From a virus: a DNA stretch of 64,000 nucleotides. The stretch lies in the IMG/VR virus record IMGVR_UViG_3300010403_000003, positions 10,017 through 74,016 of that record; one strand, written 5' to 3'. A program made the position numbers and the translations under genes. The notes under the pieces were generated by a model. The model was given only the letters and a program-made list of their open reading frames with translations. It had not been told where the DNA came from and did not search any database. This document shows, piece after piece, positions 56,395-64,000 of the stretch; positions within the stretch are counted from its first letter, which is position 1, and every line of letters starts with the position of its first letter.

Positions 56395-57623
56395 TAGAAA
56401 CCGCTACTTCCTGGCACTGGATCGCCTTCGAATTTGAAGAGATTGGCTAGTTCGGCGAAGTTGTAAAGATTGCCATCTTTCGTCACGAGACGATTGCTCT
56501 GATCTGCGATCAAGTCGCTCGAAATCGGGAATGTCGTGAATGGCTCGCCCGTGACCGGATTCAAAATACTCGTCCCCGAAAGAATCCCCACAATGATTCG
56601 GCGCATAGCCATCCGCTTCGCGCAAAAAGCCGCATTCCATCCTCGCTTGGGACCATCGCCGCTCGGTCGATAGCCGAGCGCATAGGTGATATCGAAGACC
56701 TTGCGGTCGCTTACCGTGTAATAAGGATCGCTCAATTCGTACCCCAGATAGGTAAGCGTGCCGACATCAGGGATTTCCTTGAGAATCTCCACGGGAAACT
56801 GAATCGTGTTCGTCTGGTTGCACATCCCTTGCATCAGTTGGGCCGCTAGCGGAACGCGCGGAACCATTCTCAGCGTGACGGAGTACGTCGCCGCCGGCAC
56901 GGGAAACGTCCGCGTTTCGGGGATCGTAAAATAGGGGGATGTCGGGTCGTCCGTTGTTCGAATGAGCGTACCGTTATCATCGACAAAAAAGACATTGCCG
57001 CCACTGACTTGGAGGTTACTGCCCTTGATGGCCGGCTTGAAAAGGCAGTATCGCCGAATCTCTGAATCGAGCGGGTTATTCGTTTGAATGTCCTCGATCT
57101 CGACTTCGTACGGCAAATCTCGCCATGTCACGCCGATCTTTATGAAGCCGTCAACAACGACGTTGTCTTCGTCGTCGGGCGCGCCGATGGTGCGAAAGGT
57201 CAATTCGTTTTGGTTGTTTCGAATCGGGAAGCCGAGACCGGACATTTCCTGGGCATCGACGACAAACGCCCGTCTATGAACCGGATGCCGCTGCGGATGA
57301 AGCCTGACGAGAGGGTTGCGATAATACTGGATCGGCCAGTCCGCGCCGTAAGGGGCCATCGTGAGAAATTGCGTCGTGTCTTGGTGCGCCGTATCTTCGT
57401 AAACGTCGGGGAGGATGGACCGTAAGAATTGATCTTTCTTATCCGCGGCGACGATGCAGACGTTGTAAAACGTCTTCGGCGAACCATCTGTGGGATAATG
57501 CCCCTGAATGTCCGGCCCCATCGTGTACGGGACAGGGTCGCCCACATCAAAAACGCCGTTGCCATAGTCGATCAGCGGGCCGCGCGTTGTTTCAAAATCT
57601 GGATCGCGAAGAGTGGTCCCCAT
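56394..57623 (-). CDS. Tail-tip / distal tail protein
   Basis: 409 aa, first co-oriented gene after the tape measure. Confidence 0.65.
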   Translation of the reverse strand: MGTTLRDPDFETTRGPLIDYGNGVFDVGDPVPYTMGPDIQGHYPTDGSPKTFYNVCIVAADKKDQFLRSILPDVYEDTAHQDTTQFLTMAPYGADWPIQYYRNPLVRLHPQRHPVHRRAFVVDAQEMSGLGFPIRNNQNELTFRTIGAPDDEDNVVVDGFIKIGVTWRDLPYEVEIEDIQTNNPLDSEIRRYCLFKPAIKGSNLQVSGGNVFFVDDNGTLIRTTDDPTSPYFTIPETRTFPVPAATYSVTLRMVPRVPLAAQLMQGMCNQTNTIQFPVEILKEIPDVGTLTYLGYELSDPYYTVSDRKVFDITYALGYRPSGDGPKRGWNAAFCAKRMAMRRIIVGILSGTSILNPVTGEPFTTFPISSDLIADQSNRLVTKDGNLYNFAELANLFKFEGDPVPGSSGF

Positions 57624-57722
57624 GACGCCAGCATCGGGCTTTTTGGGTTGTTTGTTCTATGGCAGGTGGAATAGAATAACGGACCAGCGCTGGCTTCGTG
57701 GAAAATCGGGGAGTTTCGCAAA

Positions 57723-57902
57723 ATGTCAAAACAGAGATACGAGAGAATGAAATTGATTGCTTGCGCTATTGTCTTGCCAGCAATCGCAATTGCCGCACTC
57801 AATAACAATCTTCGCGCAACGATGCCGAGTGGACTGAACGCAATGATCGACTTCGCTGTTTTTGGTCCTGTGGCAGCAACCTGGAAGCTAATCGCCGGCT
57901 AG
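57723..57902 (+). CDS. 59-aa counter-oriented membrane protein (moron-like; not in the ORF track)
   Basis: MSKQRYERMKLIACAIVLPAIAIAAL...FAVFGPVAATWKLIAG; GGGGAG RBS; TAGAAT at 57672. Confidence 0.6.
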   Translation: MSKQRYERMKLIACAIVLPAIAIAALNNNLRATMPSGLNAMIDFAVFGPVAATWKLIAG

Positions 57903-57915
57903 ATCATTCGCCACG

Positions 57916-59520
57916 TCACCAGCCGACGCCGCCATATGGACCGAAATCGCCGCCGGCTGATGTTGATGATGTGTCTGCGACGCTGTTGGCAATTAATTCG
58001 AGAAGTCTATTTGCCTCTTGCTGAGCGGCAAGCTGCTGGCCCTGCAAATCAATCTTCGTCGCCGCCTCGTTAATTCGCGTGTACGCCGCTTCGAAATCTT
58101 CAAATCCTTTCGGGACGCCGGAAATGCTCGTCGAACCTGTCTGTCCCGTTTGCCCCGTCGTTGCCGGCGAGGATAGCGATCGTGCAATACCAAAGGGATT
58201 GTTGTTGAGAATAAAGTCCGCCAAAAAACTACCTAGCCTCTGGCCAGCCGATTGGTTCTCTTGCCCTGGCGTCCCTGACGAGGCAGGAATGAGTCCGCTG
58301 ATCCATCTGACCGTTGTCGCGAAATCTCTTACGGCATCGGCAAAGATTGGCGTCACTCCTTTGAGGGTGTCGGCAAAGAACTCGATGGCCGGCGTTGCCG
58401 ACTTTGCCAAATCCACCAACGCCTCGCGGCCTTTTTCGTTGCTTGCCAAAATTGCCGCTAGGCCGCCGATGCCGAGCCCGATCATTCCGGCATTCGCCGC
58501 GACACCGCCCAAAGCGCCGCCCTTCGCCGTCCACCGGGCCAGCGTAGCGCCCAAGGCTCCCTCCGTGGCCAGCGTCGCCAAGGCCTTTGTCACCCGCGGC
58601 ACGATCAGCGCCGCCGCCCCCATCGCCGTCCCGAACACGGTCATTTGCTGAATGCTTCGCCGCTGCGGCTCGCTGAGCCCTTGCAGCCACGTCGTCATCT
58701 GGGCGACGTACTTCGTCTTCTCTTCAAGCAGCGGCGCGAAGATCGAGGCGACTTGGCGATTGAGCAATTGGCCGTAGGCGGACGCTTGCTGCCCTTGGAG
58801 CGTATCCTGAAAGCCCGACCGGGCCGACATTCCAATTGCCGCGATGCCGGCTCCCACGCCGAGCCCGGTCAAGGTCTTCAATTCCGTGATCGACTCGCGA
58901 ATCCGCGTGCGGCGAACAACGTCGGCGTCCGCTTGCTTGCGGGCCAAGTCCATCGCCGACCGCTCGCGCTCGCGATCCACCTGCGCCCAATGCGACTCTT
59001 CGCGGATGACATTGTCTTCGGCGATCTTGGCCAACCGCTTAGCGGAATCCTCCCGCTCGCGGTCGATCTTCGCCCAATGGGCCTCTTCCGCGCGAGCGTT
59101 GGCGTCGGACAATGCCGCCGCGTCTCCTCGTCGCTCGCTCCCTGCGAGACCCACCCTGCCAAAAACCTTCTGGGCAATTTCGGCAGAGATTTGCGAATCT
59201 TTGAAAAGCTGATTTACGACGCGCAGGGATTCTTCGAGATCGTCAAAACCCGCGGCTGACTTCTGAGCTTGCTGGAAAGCGACCTCAACGCCGAAAGCGC
59301 TCTTTCGGACGGCGGCGAGTTCGGTGAGGACTTGGCCGAGAGCGGGGGAACCCTGCGTGGCCAGGGCCATTTTTGGCCCGAACGTAAGCGAGCCTATTTC
59401 TTTATCGACATCACTGATTGTGTCGCGCGTAGCGTGAGCCGCGCCCGCAATCGCGGCCAACTCGTCCAGCGCCCTTTTGCCGGTGATTTTTACTTGCCAA
59501 TCTACTAACGGATCGTCCAC
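57916..59520 (-). CDS. Tail tape measure protein
   Basis: Ala-rich helical protein with hydrophobic segments, after the chaperone pair. Confidence 0.8.
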   Translation of the reverse strand: MDDPLVDWQVKITGKRALDELAAIAGAAHATRDTISDVDKEIGSLTFGPKMALATQGSPALGQVLTELAAVRKSAFGVEVAFQQAQKSAAGFDDLEESLRVVNQLFKDSQISAEIAQKVFGRVGLAGSERRGDAAALSDANARAEEAHWAKIDREREDSAKRLAKIAEDNVIREESHWAQVDRERERSAMDLARKQADADVVRRTRIRESITELKTLTGLGVGAGIAAIGMSARSGFQDTLQGQQASAYGQLLNRQVASIFAPLLEEKTKYVAQMTTWLQGLSEPQRRSIQQMTVFGTAMGAAALIVPRVTKALATLATEGALGATLARWTAKGGALGGVAANAGMIGLGIGGLAAILASNEKGREALVDLAKSATPAIEFFADTLKGVTPIFADAVRDFATTVRWISGLIPASSGTPGQENQSAGQRLGSFLADFILNNNPFGIARSLSSPATTGQTGQTGSTSISGVPKGFEDFEAAYTRINEAATKIDLQGQQLAAQQEANRLLELIANSVADTSSTSAGGDFGPYGGVGW

Positions 59521-59524
59521 GGCA

Positions 59525-60339
59525 TCACCTCATGAGTCGTTGCATTGCCGCGGCTTTTTCTTTCCCCGTCGTAGCCGCGCGCCATTCTCGCACGAACCAA
59601 TCCGGCTCGCTCACGCGCGGCAGGAACTTCTCAAGATGGACCGCGAGTTCGGGCAACGTCAATTCCCACGCCTGGTCGAGCGTGTACGGAAACTCCTTCA
59701 TCAAGAATTGATCGATGTACGCCCAATTCGTCGCCCGCCCGTCTTCCTCTTCACCCCCGGCGTCAGGCGTCAGGCCGGGGATTCCCCGTTTTTTGATGGC
59801 TCCGCGCTGCGACCGTTGCAGATGTTTATGATCTCGTCCGGTGTCTTTCGCGTGTCGCTGCCCGCATTCGAAGCGAGATCCCAATAGACATCATAAGCCT
59901 CGTCCGGTGTGACGTCGGGATGCGCAGGCTTGAGCAGCAAGTAGAAGAGATACGACTGCCCCTCGTTCGAAAGCAGGAACCCGGACAGTTCCGGCGAACC
60001 CGCCGAGAGATAGCGGCTTTTCGACAGGTAGGCCCGCTCCTCGATCGCCTTCGAGGCCCCCTGATACTGCGGAGCCATCAAGACCGGCTTGCGCTTCTCG
60101 GCCTTTGCCGCCGCTTTTTCGGCCTCGTCCGCGATGGTCATCTTGCGAATTGTCTCGGCGTCGCGAAGAACGAGCGATTCGTATTCTTCGCTGCCGAGCA
60201 CGGCGATAGGATCGGGCATGAGCCGCCGCGCTTCGACGGCGAGATCGGCCCAGACTTTCCGCGTGAATTTTTGAAAGGTCCACTTCTTGCCGATCGCCAT
60301 TTCCTCGCACTGGCGACCGATGACGTACGTGTACGACAA
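59525..60339 (-). CDS. Tail assembly chaperone G (59770-60339) and -1 frameshift product GT (to 59525)
   Basis: Slippery A AAA AAC at 59794-59788 near the end of G; the downstream ORF is in the -1 frame; lies between tube and TMP. Confidence 0.8.
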
Positions 60340-60349
60340 TCAAACCTCC

Positions 60350-60763
60350 TTATTCCTCTTCTGGCACAGACATCGTCCCGGCTTCGGCGCTCAGCTTGAA
60401 CGTAACGGCATAATCAGTCCCGCCCGCGGTTTCGTTGGTGTAGGCCACTCGCGAGATGTAAATCGGGATAATGAACGGGTTGCGGTTCGCGAATTCGGCT
60501 TTCCACATACCGGACACTTGCGCCCGGATGGAAATCGCCGACGTCCACGGAAGCTGCTCGGTCTTGAGATGAAACGAGGCGTCGCCTTCGCCGCGGAGGA
60601 TGCTCGCGATAAACGCCTGGGTGCCCTCGTGACAACTCGATGTGACCTCGTGGCCTTCGTCGGAGAACGTCAGCCCGTGCCGGAAGTTGCAGAGTTCGAC
60701 ATAGGCGGACGCGCCGTCCGGCTTCCAAGAGACCCGGTTTACAGCGCCAGCTTTGAAGCCCAT
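60350..60763 (-). CDS. Tail tube (major tail) protein
   Basis: 137 aa, beta-rich, EVTSS motif, synteny. Confidence 0.7.
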   Translation of the reverse strand: MGFKAGAVNRVSWKPDGASAYVELCNFRHGLTFSDEGHEVTSSCHEGTQAFIASILRGEGDASFHLKTEQLPWTSAISIRAQVSGMWKAEFANRNPFIIPIYISRVAYTNETAGGTDYAVTFKLSAEAGTMSVPEEE

Positions 60764-60766
60764 ACG

Positions 60767-60982
60767 TCACCCCTTCTTCCCGATTACGATCCAAGTCCCG
60801 CAGCTATGGAGATGCGGCTCTGTTTTCGGCCCCGTCGTTCGCCGGTGGCACTCCGGGCACACGTAACTTGCCAAGTTCGGCCGGCCGTCGAGTTCCGTCC
60901 AATCCGTCACAATGACCGCCGTCGCATCTATCGTTGCCTTTTGCCGCTCGATCGTGATGTTTACGCGACCGGGCTCGTCCAT
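60767..60982 (-). CDS. Small Zn-ribbon protein
   Basis: CPEC...HSCG. Confidence 0.5.
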   Translation of the reverse strand: MDEPGRVNITIERQKATIDATAVIVTDWTELDGRPNLASYVCPECHRRTTGPKTEPHLHSCGTWIVIGKKG

Positions 60983-61003
60983 AGACGCTACTCCAGCGTG
61001 ACA

Positions 61004-61528
61004 TTATGGCCCTAATGGCGATGCCGCCTTCTGCCGAGACGACCAGATGCGATATTCCAGCGTGCCCTTCCAGAACGAGTCGGCATTGGCCTTGTCGGCT
61101 TTCTCAATCCGCCCGTGATTCTCGGGGATCGCCTCCGTCCGCATCCACTCGGCGTTCTCGATCACCAGCGATTGCTCGTCGAACGCGATATCAACCGCCA
61201 GCATAGCGTTGGCTACGTCGTCTTGCACCTTGCCATAAATCATCAGCTTCAAGCGCCGGAAATCGATGAAGCCGCCACCCGCCGATACCTGATTCGTCCG
61301 CCCGTCCGGTAGCACGTCGAAACCCGCGTACAAGTCCTGCGGCCGGAGATTGCCGTCAATGTTGATGGGCTCTTCCCTGAGCCCGCCAACAACCAAATCG
61401 GTGATCTTCACGTCCCGCGTATCGAGGATGCCGACAAGGTTCGGGAACTTTGCCAGCACCAGAGCGGAATCGATTTCGGCCGCGTCCCACTTCACCTTCA
61501 CTGCGGCTTGGGTTTGATTGTCGAACAT
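61004..61528 (-). CDS. Tail terminator-like protein
   Basis: Size and synteny upstream of the tube gene. Confidence 0.55.
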   Translation of the reverse strand: MFDNQTQAAVKVKWDAAEIDSALVLAKFPNLVGILDTRDVKITDLVVGGLREEPINIDGNLRPQDLYAGFDVLPDGRTNQVSAGGGFIDFRRLKLMIYGKVQDDVANAMLAVDIAFDEQSLVIENAEWMRTEAIPENHGRIEKADKANADSFWKGTLEYRIWSSRQKAASPLGP

Positions 61529-62025
61529 TACTGCGAACCCTGCACGATCGCCGCAATCTGGTTTCGAATCGTCTGGGCCGTCTTTTGGTAGCCGAGACGA
61601 TTCATCTTCCGCTCGTGGTGGACGATGTAGTTGAAGCCGCCGCCCTCCGCGAATTTGCCCTTCTTGAATTCGTCGCCGCCCATGAAGGCCCGGTGGCCGA
61701 TCATCACCGTGAGATCGTTCGCGACGACCGCTTCGGCCGTCTCGGGTCCGTAGATAACGCCCGATTGCCCCTGGCCGGTGATCTTGCGGGAGTATTCGCC
61801 CGGCTTCGAAGGGTTCGGGTAGATCGTGTAGCCCGACCCTTTCTTCATCACCGTCCCGTCGGCAAGCGTCCGGTCGTGTTTGCGCCGCATTCGAACGCCG
61901 GTATTGGGGACGTTGAGCATTTGCTTGTGCGTCGTCTGGAAGAACACCGCGGCGCGGAGCAAGCGTTCGGCCATGCGCAATTGGGCCTCGCGAACTGCGG
62001 CGTCGATGTTGGATTCAACGGACAC
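61528..62025 (-). CDS. Tail completion / neck protein
   Basis: PSKPGEY.RK.TG motif; synteny; start uncertain. Confidence 0.6.
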   Translation of the reverse strand: MSVESNIDAAVREAQLRMAERLLRAAVFFQTTHKQMLNVPNTGVRMRRKHDRTLADGTVMKKGSGYTIYPNPSKPGEYSRKITGQGQSGVIYGPETAEAVVANDLTVMIGHRAFMGGDEFKKGKFAEGGGFNYIVHHERKMNRLGYQKTAQTIRNQIAAIVQGSQ

Positions 62026-62035
62026 GGTCAAACCC

Positions 62036-62374
62036 TCAACAAGATTCAAAAACTCCATTGCGAAGATACCCATGCCAGCCGCAGCAGCCGGCACAATGAA
62101 TTGATGGTGACAGCGTCAACGTCGTCACGTCCTCGAAGCTTCCGCTCGTCGCCGTCCATTTGGCCCCCTCTCGCGGCCCACCAGCTTCGCCGCATCCTGG
62201 ACAGCAAAGCGTCCATTCGTCTGGCGTGTTCTGTGGATGCCGATCAAGGTAAGCCCCTGGAGGCCCACACAAGCGATTCTTGTCGCTGTACCAAACCGTT
62301 GCGTTCGGCTCCGGCCCGAAGACTACGGGAATGAGCGACGCTTTTACGCCAGTTCGTTTCGGGTCGATATCCAC
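62036..62374 (-). CDS. DUF6527-like Zn-binding protein
   Basis: CPGCG...W...LTLSPSI...CCGWHGYLRNG. Confidence 0.6.
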   Translation of the reverse strand: MDIDPKRTGVKASLIPVVFGPEPNATVWYSDKNRLCGPPGAYLDRHPQNTPDEWTLCCPGCGEAGGPREGAKWTATSGSFEDVTTLTLSPSIHCAGCCGWHGYLRNGVFESC

Positions 62375-62376
62375 AA

Positions 62377-63072
62377 TCAAACCCTCACGCAAGCCAGCCG
62401 CGGCAACTCGTCGATCCGCTCCGGATTCCAAAGCCGCTGCCACTGCAAGACCATCCCCTTGGGATTCTCCCCCTGCCGATCCGAGTTCAACCAGATGACC
62501 CGGTCGTCCTTCCGAATGTCGATCTGCTGCGACAGTATGACGTCGTAACTCCGCGCCGCCGTCTCCACTCCATTGACCAACGTCGGCTCCGAATCGGTGA
62601 TTTGCACCTTGGCCGGGAAGTCTTCCACGACGTAAACCCCGGTCCACGTATAAACCGGCTCGCCTGAATCGCCTTCCGTGATCTCCGGTCGCTCGATCGT
62701 GATGAGGTCTTGCAGATTGGCGGCGATGACCAGATTCCGCGTGACGCATCGCCACCACGTTGACCACGTATTCAGCGCCGCTTCGAGGACGGTCCACGGG
62801 TTGCCCTGCGCGTCCTCGATCACGAATCCCGGTGTTGGCGGGTAAGCGTCCGTGAACGCCTGCGATTCGAGGACGGGGAGCAACCAGACCTTGTCTTGCC
62901 CGGTATACGCCCCACCGCTTGCGGCCAGTTCCTTGAAGTTCAGCGCCCGCCGCTTGGCGTTCTCGACCGGGAAATAAAGATTCTCGCGCCTGGGGGCCGG
63001 ATAGACGACGCACGTTTCGCGGTTGTCCCATACGAGATAGTCGCGGCTCAGGTCGATGGCGTAGGCGGTCAT
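62377..63072 (-). CDS. Head closure / head-tail adaptor (two-domain)
   Basis: ITIERP...DSGEP...W...PAKVQ pattern; synteny. Confidence 0.65.
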   Translation of the reverse strand: MTAYAIDLSRDYLVWDNRETCVVYPAPRRENLYFPVENAKRRALNFKELAASGGAYTGQDKVWLLPVLESQAFTDAYPPTPGFVIEDAQGNPWTVLEAALNTWSTWWRCVTRNLVIAANLQDLITIERPEITEGDSGEPVYTWTGVYVVEDFPAKVQITDSEPTLVNGVETAARSYDVILSQQIDIRKDDRVIWLNSDRQGENPKGMVLQWQRLWNPERIDELPRLACVRV

Positions 63073-63290
63073 CAGGTGAATACCTGCGTCTTGATCTCGT
63101 AGCCCCCATCCGACATGGCAATCAATTCGTTGATCTTTGCGAGTTGCTGCGTCAAGCTGTCAAAGAGCGACCCCCAAGACATCGATTCGCCGTCGATCGA
63201 ATAGTTCGGTTTCGGGTTCACCGACATCTCGGCGAGTCTGGCCACGACATTGTCGCGGAGAGTAATCAAATTTTCGGCGTAGGTCGCCAT
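63072..63290 (-). CDS. gpW-like head completion protein
   Basis: 72 aa; PNYSIDGESMSW..L...L..IN. Confidence 0.7.
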   Translation of the reverse strand: MATYAENLITLRDNVVARLAEMSVNPKPNYSIDGESMSWGSLFDSLTQQLAKINELIAMSDGGYEIKTQVFT

Positions 63291-63299
63291 GGCGCTCCG

Positions 63300-63833
63300 T
63301 TAGGCGTGCGGATGCGGCGGCGTTACCGGGATCGGCGCGACTGTCGCGGCGTGCGGGGCCGGCTTCGTCTTGATGCTCCCGACAACCGGCGTCCCCGGCG
63401 TCACCACAATCGTCGGCGGCGCGATCGAGCGCGGCAGCCGAGCATCTTGCGCCACCGTGCATGGCAAATCGACCTTGACCGCCTTGAATGCGCTGTCCTT
63501 CACCGGCGCGAGGCTGACGGTGACGACAACCGGCGTGTCCGGGAGCGTTGGCGCGATCCCGCGCAGCCGGAACGTCATGTTTTTGGCGTCCTTCGGCAAG
63601 CCGTGCGGCGTCTCGGCGGTCACATAAGCGGCGTCCGCCGAAGTGACGGTAAGCGCGGCGTCGTCACGGACATCGACCGCGTTGCCGGCCTCGTCGGTGC
63701 CGAACACTGTGCAACAGCCGTCCTCTTCCTCGACGAAGAGAAGTTCCTTGCTGGTGGCTTTGACGCCCGACGCGGCCATTTTTAATTCGGCCCGCTTGAG
63801 GCAGGTGACGATAGCGATTCCTTTTGGTTCCAT
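63300..63833 (-). CDS. Beta-rich hypothetical virion protein
   Basis: AAGGGA RBS; position among head genes. Confidence 0.55.
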   Translation of the reverse strand: MEPKGIAIVTCLKRAELKMAASGVKATSKELLFVEEEDGCCTVFGTDEAGNAVDVRDDAALTVTSADAAYVTAETPHGLPKDAKNMTFRLRGIAPTLPDTPVVVTVSLAPVKDSAFKAVKVDLPCTVAQDARLPRSIAPPTIVVTPGTPVVGSIKTKPAPHAATVAPIPVTPPHPHA

Positions 63834-63858
63834 GATTCGATCCCTTAAGAGGTTGCCG

Positions 63859-64000
63859 TCAGACTCGCATGGCCACGGGCATTTCCCGGCTCAACGGGTC
63901 GTGCTGTCGCCACTGGCTCGACGTATTTTCGTCGCCGCGCTTCCATACCCCCCAATCGCCGACGTTTTCGAAGCTCATGCTGCCGTGATGCAGGGTACGA
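63859..64000 (-). CDS. 3' end of a gene starting outside the window
   Basis: Open frame RTLHHGSMSFENVGDWG...AMRV*. Confidence 0.4.
   Translation of the reverse strand, partial: RTLHHGSMSFENVGDWGVWKRGDENTSSQWRQHDPLSREMPVAMRV

Larger units (their letters stand above)
1..64000. mobile_element. Temperate tailed phage genome segment, apparently non-integrated or circularly permuted
   Basis: Terminase, portal, tail, replication and integrase modules; no host housekeeping genes; integrase and att-like sites are internal. Confidence 0.93.

Noticed and set aside
62036-63121. 361-aa ORF from the track
   Set aside because: Only the last ~112 codons look genuine; the rest overlaps the head-closure gene in another frame

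Overview
The whole window is a temperate tailed-phage (siphovirus-like) genome, almost entirely on the minus strand. It looks circularly permuted or non-integrated: packaging/portal genes run off the left end, head-completion and tail genes enter from the right end, and the integrase and att region sit in the middle with phage genes on both sides. Left to right: a portal fused to a long modular extension (<1-3415, missed by the ORF track), TerL, TerS, a split ParB-methyltransferase locus with a PLP enzyme, a replication/recombination block with many small Cys-rich genes and HNH genes, a divergent promoter switch (~23.5 kb), a tyrosine integrase, three different tRNA-Gly(CCC) 3' halves, an atypical tRNA-Met, a second switch, an HNH gene embedded in a predicted structured RNA, a non-canonical lysis/envelope block (papain-like peptidase, CAP protein, small membrane proteins), large repeat-rich tail fibres, tape measure, frameshifted tail chaperones, tail tube and head-tail connectors. 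A Planctomycetota host is suspected from protein style but is inference only. Best candidates for new biology: (1) a multi-attP array of sequence-divergent tRNA-Gly halves sharing one 7-bp core, (2) a portal polyprotein with a repeated motif after putative cleavage sites, (3) a fragmented, slippage-tract-rich DNA modification locus, (4) an HNH gene flanked by 23-bp repeats inside a long-range RNA stem. All family calls come from motif recognition by eye, not database searches.
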